NCBI GenBank assembly: GCA_951406725.2
Contig: OX597823.1
Coordinates: forward strand, 22,258,001 to 22,322,000
DNA: 64,000 bases
Source: Octopus vulgaris
Lineage: Eukaryota
Direction of reading: 5' to 3'
The translations under genes and the position numbers were made by a program. The notes below the pieces were generated by a model, which saw only the letters and a program-made list of their open reading frames with translations, searched no databases and was not told the origin of the DNA. Positions 13,416 to 25,199 of this stretch are shown piece by piece; position 1 is the stretch's first letter; each line of letters starts with the position of its first letter.

Positions 13416-13618
13416 TAAGGGCAGCAAGCTATTAGAAACGTTAGCCACATTTCTTCCGGCTTATTATGTGTTGCACTCAAATTCTGCCAAGGTTGATTTT
13501 GACGTTCATCTATTTAGGGGTTGACAAAATAAAGTACCAGTCAAGCACTGAGGATGACGATATCGACCAACCCTTCCCCTAAAATCTGTTGGTGTTCTTC
13601 CTTAAGCAGAAACCATTA
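13416..13618 (+). mobile_element. SINE family B, decayed
   Basis: aaattctgccaaggttgattttgacgttcatc...aaagtaccag core shared with 41441-41659. Confidence 0.65.
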
Positions 13619-14136
13619 GTCCAATCGAATCGACTAAACAATGCTGTCTCATCGCCAAGTCTGCTTAATCCTTGTAGCTGCCACCCGCCTGGTTTAAAGC
13701 AAGTACCACGCAGAGATGTATTTAAGGTGTAAATGCGTTCCAATCGTGATCACGCATCCTTTTTTTTAATTATTTCAGTAATTTGAGTCTTCAACAATAA
13801 TATATTTATATTTTAGTTTTGTTTATTTGTTTAAAAGTAATTTGATTTAGACTTTGAAATTCGTATGCCATCAAATATGTTTGTTTTAATCGAATCTATC
13901 ATTACACCTGCATTCAATAAAATGGTTCGGTTTTTGTTTTCGTTATCTGAACATCCTCAACAACTTCCTGTATCATTACTCAGATTTCCTTCCGAGATCG
14001 GTGAGGTGAAAATCTGCGTTACGGAAATTGGTATTTCAATTTTAATTATACATACATACACGCTCGTGCGTGCATGCGCGCGCACACACACACACACACA
14101 CATACGTATCTTATATATTATATCTTATATTTTATA

Positions 14137-14519
14137 GTGGAAGCGAAATGGCCCAGTGGTTAGGGCAGCGGACTCGCGGTCGTAGGATCGCGGTTTCGAT
14201 TCCCAGACCGGGCGTTGTGAGTGTTTATTGAGCGAAAACACCTAAAAAGCTCCACGAGGCTCCGGCAGGGGATGGCGGTGATCCCTGCTGTACTCTTTCA
14301 CCACAACTTTCTCTCACTCTTACTTCCTGTTTCTGTTGTACCTGTATTTCAAGGGGCCGGCCTTGTCACTCTCTGTATCACGCTGAATATCCCCGAGAAC
14401 TATGTTAAGGGTGCATGTGTCTGTGGAGTGCTCAGCCACTTACACGTTAATTTCACGAGCAGGCTGTTCCGTTGATTCGGATCAACCGGAACCCTCATCG
14501 ACGTAACCGACGAAGTGCT
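14137..14519 (+). mobile_element. tRNA-Arg-derived SINE family C, full length (likely an octopus OR-type SINE)
   Basis: A box TGGCCCAGTGG, anticodon arm gcggacTCGcggtcgt, B box GGTTTCGATTCCC. The long body matches 44908-45268 in reverse. Confidence 0.9.
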
Positions 14520-14559
14520 TCCATTCCATTCCATATTTTATACGTTATATTTTTGTTTT

Positions 14560-14704
14560 AGTCATCAGACTAAAAGTCCAGTGCATATTCTATCAAAACC
14601 TTTTGCCAAATCGCTTTTACGGGTACGTAAACACACCAGCACCAATTGTCCAGCGGTGATGGTGGACACAAACAAAATGACGTTCTTTCTCTCTCTCTCT
14701 CTCT

Positions 14705-14748
<44 letters not shown>

Positions 14749-14937
14749 GCTCTTACACACACACACACACACTCAAACACATACGACGGGATTCTTTCAG
14801 TTTTCGTCTATCAAATACACTCACATGGTTTTAGACAGCCTCAGTCCAAAGAAGAAGAAAGGTGCTACGCAGTGGGATTGAACCCGGAACTAGGTGGTTG
14901 GGAACCAAGCTTCTTATCACACAGTTACACCTGCTCC
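14560..14937 (-). mobile_element. SINE family A, decayed
   Basis: Reverse complement of the family A head (gcagtgggattgaacccggaac) and body. Confidence 0.75.
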
Positions 14938-15150
14938 AAAACATATACATGCATATAACACATACACACACACACACTCATTGTTATACAGATACACGTA
15001 AATAAGTTGGTTATAAAATGCGGATAGATCTTCTGAAAATTTAAAACGAGAGGACAAAACCATGATGGTCCGCTGGAGGACATTTATCCTCAACCATTTA
15101 ATGAACAACTTCCAAATATTATCAATCACACTGTAAAATTAACGGCGGAA

Positions 15151-15213
<63 letters not shown>

Positions 15214-15391
15214 TTTTATACACACACACGCACATATATATATACATAGATATATACATGTATATATGCACATATATATATATACATGTATATATATATA
15301 CATATATACATATATATACACACACATACATATACATAGATACTTACATATGTACATACATATATATGCATATATATATATATATATATAT

Positions 15392-17350
15392 ACTAGCAGA
15401 TATACCCGGCGTTGCCCGGTTTAAAGAGAATAATGAAATTTGAAAACGCCGTCTAAGTTACGCAGGTCTCAACTGCTAGTAGCTGAGATACCAACTTTCT
15501 ACATTAATAACTCTTCAACCCATGCCAGCATGGAACGTAGACGTTAAGTGAATTGTTATAAGAAAGTTTTAAACTCAGATGTATTATAAAGTAAATGCAC
15601 GCAATTCAAAAACACGTTTTGTGTAGCTTATTTCGGAAGCAAAAAAAAAAAAAATAGGGACAGATTATAAACAATTATGGCGATTCATTTAACAGATAAT
15701 AAACCTGAACTTGGATCTTGAAAGTTTACATAAATCCTGCCTCAGTTAAGTCTCTTGTGTTTCCAAATGATTTTATCTGTAGTGCAGCGTTCTATTGTCT
15801 AATTTTATTTTGGAAGTGCTCGGAATCTCAGTCAGTTGATGACAAGTATCTCCAATGGCTCTGGAGGTTGGGGAATTGCAGGGAGTTTAGCCTTTCCACC
15901 ACTGCAGCACAGTGCAGGTGTCTCTCAAGGCCACTTCCTTGGTCTACAATGTATGAACTCAGTTGTCATTGCACCAATGGAAACTCAAATGTCATCTGCA
16001 TAATGAACTGCTGGATCATAATTGAAAGCTGCTTCATAGAAGGTGCTTCTCTGAACTGTTGCAACTACTCTTCGTTCTGCATCAGAGATCCTATTCCTTG
16101 TCAGCCGCGCATACCTCTGTTCATCACTTTGAGATGCTCTGGCTTTTGCAGTGCACAGTCTGTTCGTTTCTTGGTATACTTCCCTTTCTGCAGCTGTCTC
16201 TCTTTCCCTGGACAGAGACATTCTTTTGGCTGACCTTTACGTTGTAGACACATTTGACATTTTCCTTCTAGCCATGGTTAAATACGTATACAGTAATACA
16301 TAGGTGCAGTAGATATTAAACAATGAAAATAACTGGGTAACGGAAATTATATTTCTTAATACGACAGGCAGAAAGGAAATAACAAATTTTTACGGAAAAA
16401 AAGAACTGTACGTGTTCAAGCGAAATTTGACAACAAAAGGGGCAGTATCGAAGGAACCAGTAAAAAGCCGTTAACAATAGAAAAAACAAAACCGTTGCCA
16501 AATCAAATAAGAAATTTTTAGAGAAATTAAATAAGTGTACGGATTTAAGTGAAATTTTTGATGTTACTTCTGTCAGTAAATTATGAACTTACTTTTATCA
16601 GTAATTTCGTCAACAACAAAATAACATAAACGTTGCACAAGTAAAAAGAAATTTGTAGGCAAATTTAATGATGTGTACGGATCGGAGTTAAATTTATGAC
16701 GTTACTTCTGTCAGTAAATTATGTATGAAATTACTTTCATCAGTAATTGTGAACTTCTTTCTGTCAGTAATTTGTCGTTGCTGTTTGTAAATAGCGATTG
16801 AAAACTTACAGTGAAAACAGTTGCGACTGAACTTAAAGTGAAAACAATAGCGTCTGAAAAATGAAAGTGAAAACAATATAGAGTAAATGAGGTATAGAGA
16901 AAGGAATAGAGAGAGAGGGAACTAGTTAATTAGACAAATAAGATAGATATAAATAGATAGATAAGATAAGATATAGACAGGTAGATACAGAAAGATAGAT
17001 ATATAGAGATGAATGGAGAGATATGGAGAGATAGAGATACAATTGAAAAGTGAAAACACACACATCTCTATCTTATATATTAAATTGTGACGATTTTTTG
17101 AACAATTGATGTACAGGAGGCAATACATTTCTGAAAGTTACTTTGCAAAGTGTTACCTATCTTCTACACGTAACCTCAGAACAGGTATTTTTTACCCCAG
17201 GGATCCCGTTACCTATTATGTGAAATGTTTTAAGAGTCTAAAACCATCTCTGGAACACAAGTAATGTATGCTTACAGTTTGGAGAAAATTAGTTGAAAAA
17301 TGCGGCCATTATAATCTTTTACACACACACAGAACGGGATTTATATTATA
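15392..17350 (-). mobile_element. Internally deleted Helitron
   Basis: 3' end on minus strand: CCGGGCAACGCCGGG hairpin then TATATCTGCTAG. Contains a RepHel N-terminal remnant and about 140-bp internal tandem repeats (16495-16770). The AT-rich 5' end near 17350 is approximate. Confidence 0.85.
15685..16275 (-). pseudogene. Helitron RepHel N-terminal remnant
   Basis: MARRKM...RERETAAERE...AAFNYDPAVHY...SIGAMTTEFIHCRPRKWP*ETPALCCSGGKAKLPAIPQPPEPL...TFKIQVQVY. This contains the Helitron zinc-finger CCxxGK..PPEPL and TFKIQGQVYH-like motifs, with stops. Confidence 0.85.
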
Positions 17351-17540
17351 TATATATATGCACATATATATATATATATACATATATATATACATACATA
17401 CATATACATACATACATACATACATACATACAAGCATACATACATACATATATACATACAAATATATACATATATATATATATATATAAAGACATATATA
17501 TACATACTGGTCGGTGCACGTGATCACGTGATATAAATAC

Positions 17541-17571
<31 letters not shown>

Positions 17572-17574
17572 ATA

Positions 17575-17722
17575 TGAATTAGAGGTAAAACCACTATCAT
17601 GCAACTCAAACAGTTATAGACATTGTTTTATCTCTAATTTATATTTTATATATTTATACTGTGAAATTTGATTTAATACTAAATTGAATTTTTCCTTGTA
17701 AGTTTGGAGTTATACTCCCTAA

Positions 17723-17770
<48 letters not shown>

Positions 17771-18040
17771 TATATATATTGGTAAAACGGTAAAATAGCA
17801 AAAGAAAGAAAGGGACCTCAATATTATGTAAATAATACACACATAATACATATAAATACATACATACATGGCGCTTTTCTTCCTTCATCTTCCCTTCTAT
17901 TGGACTTCCTCCTTTTTCTGAGGAAGAGCGTCTGCTCAAAATGTTAAACCATCTTTTTTCCTTCCCTGAGCTAATAGTTTACATGTATCACGTCCTCACG
18001 TTGTTGGTTTTCCGTTTGTTCCTTTTGGGATTTACTATAT
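17575..18040. mobile_element. Penelope-derived pLTR-like fragments with a degenerate hammerhead motif (about 17913-17950)
   Basis: 17575-17755 is the reverse complement of the family at 40245, 61675 and 63125. ttttCTGAGGAAGAGCGTCTGCTCaaaatgtt resembles the 38731-38766 motif. Confidence 0.5.
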
Positions 18041-18090
18041 ACATACATACATACATACATACATATACACACACACACATACACACACAT

Positions 18091-18125
<35 letters not shown>

Positions 18126-18824
18126 CATACACACATATATATATGCACACTTATTTCTCACCGGATGACAAGTCATGCTAAGTTTTTACATTCTCATAAC
18201 ATAGAAGTTATAGCTAGACTTAAAATAAGAACAAGCGTTGTTTTGAGCGACAAAGCTTTCCAAGGCGGTGCCACACCTTGGTCGCAGTTAAATGAACGAA
18301 ACAGGTAAATATAAAAGAATACGCGTGCTCACGTATCTATATATATGCACACGGAAGCATATAAATACACGTGTGCATTTATATGCTTGTGTATGCATAT
18401 GGAAATAAAATGTGCGAATGATATTCACTTAGACTACACGGTCGATATAATTAAGGATGTCAACACTATCACAATGTCCCAATGCTAGCAAGAACTTGAA
18501 TGAATTCACTTTGCCTTTCCTCCTTGCTGTTGATTCATATCAAGACATCAATCGCTTCAAACGCAACTCGAATTCTTGGATATTCACACTGTATGTTTAA
18601 ATTTGAGATATAGTAGAAACGATATACTTACTAGAAGTAATATTTACACATGTGCACCACACCACACAGACGCACACACACACATATATATATATACATA
18701 AACGCATTTACACGTATGTACAAACGCGTTCACATGAACGTTTGCCTGTAGACATATTCACATTCACAAACAGTTATGCGTATACATCACACACATGCGC
18801 ACGCAGAGTCACACACACACGCAC

Positions 18825-18902
<78 letters not shown>

Positions 18903-20094
18903 ATATATACATGTTTAACACATTTGCACGTGCATATACACATTTACACACACATACTTGCATACACATATACACACATATATATACACACATACATGCA
19001 CACACATACATACACACGTACATATACACACACATATACATGCATACATACACACACATAATACATATACATACATACATGCATACATAGAGAGAGAGAG
19101 AGTGTGTGTGTCGAACAGACGGCTATGTGTCCGGTCTCTCACTTTAATGTCGGGTTTTTGAGAATACGTAGCCAAACGTAAACGTACACTGAACGAAGAG
19201 TAAAATTGAAACCACCGGCACTACTTATTGTTCGTTATCTTATAATATTCATTCTATTCGTATTACAAACAAATATGTGTGTTATGATAGTGTTATGTTT
19301 ATCTTCTTCGAATGATCACTTAAATGGCGTAATGACTTTTAATCGTTATGGCGTCTGTGCTTGTCTGTAAAGTTGCAAGCGGCGTTCACTTCCGCTCTCT
19401 TGTTTGCTGTGGTTTAAGGATTCTAAATTTCTGACTTTCAACGATTTAGTTATTTATTTTGAACACATGCATAAAGACATATGGTCGTCTTTTAAACTCT
19501 GCATGCATCACTTTAAAGCTGTGTCAAGATATTCATGTACACAAACGTATAGATTTGTGCATTAATGTGTGTTTGAATCGGTTTCTTATAAAACAGAATG
19601 AGTACAAATATATATCAAACAAATACTATCTGCAGATGGTAACAAGTTTCAGTCTCTCACTGCATCTACTATAGAAGAATACATTTCTCAAGTCGACCCG
19701 TCTGCCTAGTTGAGCCATGTAAAGACAATAACACACTTGTTAAATATAAAATGCTGCCACATATTTACAGCAGAATACTGACTTCGGTAGACCAACCATC
19801 TGTGAATCTCAGTAGTTCGTGTTCAAATAGCGACAACTTAAACAAAAACAGCAATGTATAAGTGCATCCTCCTTTAGAGCAACAAAAGCTCAAACGTGCG
19901 CGCGCATATATGCGATGGGGTTTCCACATAAACTCCATCAAAAATATTTACTTACAACGCATTGGTTCGCTCGAGACTATATTAAAAGACACTTGCCCAG
20001 AGTGCCATGCGGTAGCTGCGAAACGAAGTTCTTAATCACACGGCTACATATCTTTGTATACATAGTTTACTTTTCCGTTGAGTTAAGATCAATA

Positions 20095-20259
20095 GGCGCA
20101 GGAGTGGCTGTGTAGCAAGTAGCTTGCTTACCAACCACATGGTTCCGGGTTCAGTCCCACTGCGTGGCATCTTGGGCAAGTGTCTTCTACTATAGCCTCG
20201 GGCCGACCAAAGCCTTGTGAGTGGATTTGGTAGACGGAAACTTAAAGAAGCATGTCGTA

Positions 20260-20306
<47 letters not shown>

Positions 20307-20539
20307 GTGTGTATGTGTGTGTGTGTGTGTGTGCGTGTATGTTTGTGTGTCTGTGTTTGTCCCCCTAGCATTGTATGTATGTTTACGTCCCCGTCACTTA
20401 GCGGTTCGGCAAAAGAGACCGATAGAATAAGTACTGGGCTTACAAAGAATAAGTTCCGGGGTCGAGTTGCTCTACTAAAGGCGGTGCTCCAGCATGGCCG
20501 CAGTCAAATGACTGAATCAAGTAAAAGAGTAAAAGAGTA
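20095..20539 (+). mobile_element. SINE family A, full length
   Basis: ggcgcaggagtggctgtgtagc head, B-box-like GGGTTCAGTCCC, CORE-like cttgggcaagtgtctt, central (TA)n/(TG)n, tail gtaaaagagtaaaagag. Confidence 0.92.
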
Positions 20540-20614
20540 TACATATATACATATGCGTGCGTGTATGTATGTATGTGTGTATGTATGTATGCATGTATGT
20601 ATGTATGTGTGTGT

Positions 20615-20689
<75 letters not shown>

Positions 20690-21245
20690 TGCGCAGGCAT
20701 AGCTATGAAGAAAATTTAGCTTCGCATGCATATGGCTTCCGGTTCAGTCCTACTGCGTTACAACTTGGGCACGTGAATTGCAAATTAGCATTGAAAAAAT
20801 TGTGTCGTGAGTGAACTTGGTGGAAGTTAACCAAGTGGAAGCCAGACGTATTTACGGGAAGATCAATTAGTTGTGATTTGATTCAACATAATCAGATTCA
20901 CGCACTTATTACAGCGATCCTTCGGGTTTTGTAAACCCTGTAAAAAAAACTCAGAAGGTTGGGCCTCCAAACAGGCCTTTCGCGAAACCCTTAAAGCCAA
21001 GAATTTTTATGCACCCCCTCATATGTGTACATATGTGTGCGCGTATCGTTATGTTTCGTCTTCCACTGCTTATCATTTAGTGTTGGAGTGTTTATGTTCC
21101 TGTTTGGCAAAGGTCCGATAAAATAAGTATCTAATTGAAAAGAATAAAAAAATACTGGGAACGATTTGATCATCTACATCCTTTAAGGTGGTACTCCAGC
21201 ATGGCCGGTGGAGAAGGACCGAAAAAAGAATAATAATATATATAT

Positions 21246-21457
21246 GCTTCAAATTTTGGCACGAGGCCTGCAATTTCGAGGGAGGGGTAAGTCGTTTACA
21301 CCGACCTCAGTACGTAACTGGAACTCATTTTATTGATTTCAAAAGGACGAAAGGCTAAATCTACTTCGGCAGAATGTGAACTCAGAATGTAAGTACGGAC
21401 GAAATGCTGCCAAGCAATTTTTCCGGCGCGTTTATGACTTTTCCAGATCGTCGCCTT
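21246..21457 (-). mobile_element. SINE family B
   Basis: Reverse complement of aaggcgacgatctgg...ttctgagttcacattctgccgaag...ccttttgaaatcaataaaatgag. Confidence 0.8.
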
Positions 21458-21499
21458 TGTGTGTGAATGTGTTTGTGTGTATGTATTTGTGTGTGTGTA

Positions 21500-21564
<65 letters not shown>

Positions 21565-21583
21565 TTGTGTGTGTGTATATATA

Positions 21584-22119
21584 CAGGGTGTCCCAAAAAA
21601 ATGTATACACACCTTAAATAATTGTAAATTTGGGGTTTATTATAATTCAAATAATTTTCAACATGTAAAAGAATTTACAAATATCATTCTATTGTCTTGT
21701 TATCGCATGTTCTCAAACTGATGTCCGTTCTGCTCCAGGCACTGCTAACAACGCGAAGCGATGGAATGGCACACATCATGGAACAATTCCCTTGGGATAT
21801 TCGTACATTCATGTTCAATGGTTGCCCTCAATTGAACGACTGTTGCAGGTTTCTGTGCGTAGACTTTGTCCTTTAGGTATCCCCATAAAAAGAAGTTTAG
21901 TGGTGTGAGGTCTGGTGAACGTGGAGGGTATTCGACAAAACCTCTCCGTCCAATCCACCTGTTTGGCAAGATCCTATCAAGAAAGGATCTAACATCGCGA
22001 TGGTAGTGTGGAGGTGCCCCATCTTGCTGGATATAAAACTCTTCCTGTTCAAAGTCCTCTCTAATGCTTGGCATGACAGACTGTTGCAGCAAGTGTATAC
22101 ATTTTTTTGGGACACCCTG
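21584..22119 (-). mobile_element. Non-autonomous Tc1/mariner element, rosa/VS (DD41D) family
   Basis: TIRs CAGGGTGTCCCAAAAAAATGTATACAC with TA on both sides. Minus strand encodes YIQQDGAPPHY...WIGRRG.VEYPPRSPDLTPLNFFLWGYLKDKVY. There are 41 residues between the second D and the third catalytic position (here D to N). The 5' half of the transposase is deleted. Confidence 0.92.
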
Positions 22120-22366
22120 TATATATATATGTGTGTGTGTGTGTGTATTTATATAACTCAAGAGTAAATAGCGGATGTTTAGTTTGTGCACCTTCCTAAT
22201 TTAAGATGGCTGGTGTAGACGGGGATAATTTTCACGGAAAATGTAAAGAGATATCAAATATGCACATTCTGCTTGAGCTCTGAGATTCGTTATAGACATG
22301 AATAGTTTCTGTTTGTCTTTCTGTCTGTCTTCAGTTTAAAATCATCACGGTGGATAGTTTCTATCG

Positions 22367-22446
<80 letters not shown>

Positions 22447-22526
22447 CTACGTAACTGTGTGTGTGTGGTTGTTCGGTAAGAAATTGTCGAACCCTCATAT
22501 GTCGTCTAACGACAGGTGAGCCTATC

Positions 22527-22588
<62 letters not shown>

Positions 22589-22642
22589 TAAAACTTACTT
22601 CGAAATGGATGCGTGGCGTTAAATCATATAATAATATAAATA

Positions 22643-22701
<59 letters not shown>

Positions 22702-22719
22702 TACTTACATATATACGTA

Positions 22720-22990
22720 TATAATATGCATATGCGGGCGGCAGTGGACGTCACAGAACGTAAACAACATAAAAAACGTGAGATACGAAAAAGGAATACA
22801 AATACATGGAATATGAAGCTTTTTTGCATCAACGAAAGAAACAAATGTAAAACAAGACAAGCAACATAACGAACGACCCTTCATCAGTTGTCGACTGTTC
22901 TTTTTTAATCCGGATTTCGAGGAATTCAACGAATAAAGGCGAGTAAGCGAAAACTTCGGATTCACAATCACTCTTTACCTCGTAAGGATT
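22720..22990 (-). mobile_element. Penelope-type pLTR remnant
   Basis: Minus strand ...ctcgaaatccgg...gacaactgatgaagggtcgttcg; similar layout at 60680-60830. Confidence 0.4.
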
Positions 22991-23270
22991 AATACATATG
23001 GATTTTACTAAAATGCATTGAGTAATACATTAGTTTAATATTACACTGTTTCTATATATAACTTGGCGCAAAACAAAAACTAATAACGAGCAATAACATG
23101 GAATTTTCGGAGATAAACGTGTAGGAAATGTGCTTTTACTCTGGCTGTTTGACTGAAGAGAAATTTCCATCTTTTTCTTTCGTTCTTTTTTGTGAAGCGT
23201 TTCCATGTTCCATTTTGAATTCTTTTCAATACACACACACACACACACAAATATGTATATTTATATATAT

Positions 23271-23339
<69 letters not shown>

Positions 23340-23411
23340 TATATATACATATATATATATATATGTTGAAAGAAGGTTCCTCAATATATATGTATAAACA
23401 GTCTAATAAAT

Positions 23412-24548
23412 ATTAAAGATGATAAAAGAAAATGGATAAGGAAAAATATAATAGATATATGGTTCATTATATTTGTATCACCATGGAAAAGTAATGCAAA
23501 TTAAAAGTGATACCTATGAGTATAAAAGAAACCGGATCAACAACACAACCAAAAGATATTCGAAAAATCCTACACATGTTTCAATCCGACCGTAAGTTTG
23601 CATCATGAACAGTCAAACGATTATCGAAGTAAGAAACCATATATTGCCGGGTAACTTCAGGGAAAAATAAATATATTTTCCGGTCTTGAATTACAAAATA
23701 ACTAACTTGTACATTGTGTTTTGGAATTTTCAAATATAAACAACAACTTATTAGGACTTATTATTTAGCTAACATAGATCGTTGAAATGTTGCTGAAACA
23801 TCAAATGCATTTGAAAAAAATATTTATAAAAGTTTATGGGAGGAAGATGAGATAAAGACAAATGGAACTTTACAAATGGAACTTATATACCTAATATTTT
23901 TTTCCTCAAAACACCGAAAATTATATCTTAACCCATTTAATCCTTTTACTGTATTTCTTCTAAAAGACATTTTTGAAGTTTAATACAAACAAACTTTTCA
24001 TCTCTTCTTTCTTTATATTTCTCAATCTAATTCTTTGCATATTACGCCCCCCATGATAAATTACATTTGTCTTTATCCCATCTTCTTCCCATAAACTTCT
24101 ATAAATATTGTCTTTTCAAATGGATTTGATGTTTTAACAAAATTTCAACGATCAATGTTAGCTAAATTTCAACGATCGATATCTAATCACATGAACTCCG
24201 CGTCCTAATAGGTTGTTGTTTACATTTGAAAACTCCAAAACACAGTCTACAACTTAGTTATTTTGTAATTCAAGACCGGAAAATATACTTACTTTTCCCT
24301 GAAGATGCCTGGCAATATATAGTTTCTTACATCTATAATAGTTTGAACGTTCATGATTCAAACATACTGTCGGATTGAAACATGTGTAGGATTTTTTCGG
24401 ATATATTTTGATTGTTTTGTTGATCCGGTTTATTTAATCCTTATAGGTATCACTTTTACTTTGCATTAATTTTCCATTGCGAGACAAATGAAATGAACCA
24501 AGTATTTATTATATTGTTTCTGATCCTTTTTTAAAAATTATCTTTATA
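23412..24548. repeat. About 1.1-kb fold-back: about 460-bp inverted arms, 190-bp spacer, hammerhead motif in each arm
   Basis: 23412-23868 is the diverged reverse complement of 24060-24548, e.g. aaaaatcctacacatgtttcaatccgac versus gtcggattgaaacatgtgtaggatttttt. Confidence 0.9.
24296..24391 (+). ncRNA. Type I hammerhead ribozyme motif (extended stem II)
   Basis: TCC-CTGAAGA-TGCCTGGCA...TGTCGGATT-GAAAC-ATGT-GTA-GGA. The mirror copy at 23568-23664 on the minus strand has a mutated core. Confidence 0.6.
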
Positions 24549-25199
24549 CATAGGAAGTTTATCATGTGGCCGGTCATAGAGTTACCAATGATTTCACATC
24601 CATACAGACTTCAATGGTCGCGGGCATATAACCTCTTTTCAAAATGGAGATAGTAAAACCTTACGTTAGCTGATTTTGTAAACAAAAACTGAATTGTCCG
24701 AGCCTTACGTGTAACGGCTTATCGCCCTTAGATCGTTTCCTGGGAGCAAATTTTTGCGACCCTGATCAACGAACGGAGAATCCCGGCACTTAGATTGGTT
24801 ACAGTTCGCATAATTTTCTTGGCCCTAATCAACGGATGTGGAATCTCACTCTTGCTGTATGTAGCGTTTACAGTGCAGACAAGGGCTGAAGGCCTTATTT
24901 CTGGATTTTAAAAGAGTCTTTTAGGATCCTTGCTCGCTGTGCTATGCAAAGTTTGCATCGTACGCTTCAGAGTTAGGCCGATATGAAGGATGCCGTCAGG
25001 AGATGGTGAGGTAATAGGAAGTATGTACTGATTGTTAAACCATTAATTGGATTAGGTGACAGATCTACGTATTATGTTCAGGAGAATGACAGATGAAGTG
25101 TTGGGCCCCTAACAGAGAGCTATGGAGAAAGGAATGGATTCACTGAGCAGGATACCGATATAGTTATTGACTCGGATGTGGGTTTAAGATACATAGATG

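Noticed and set aside
14137-14215. Possible tRNA-Arg(TCG) gene (also 34031-34072 and 61370-61430)
   Set aside because: Part of a multi-copy SINE; another copy has a TSD.
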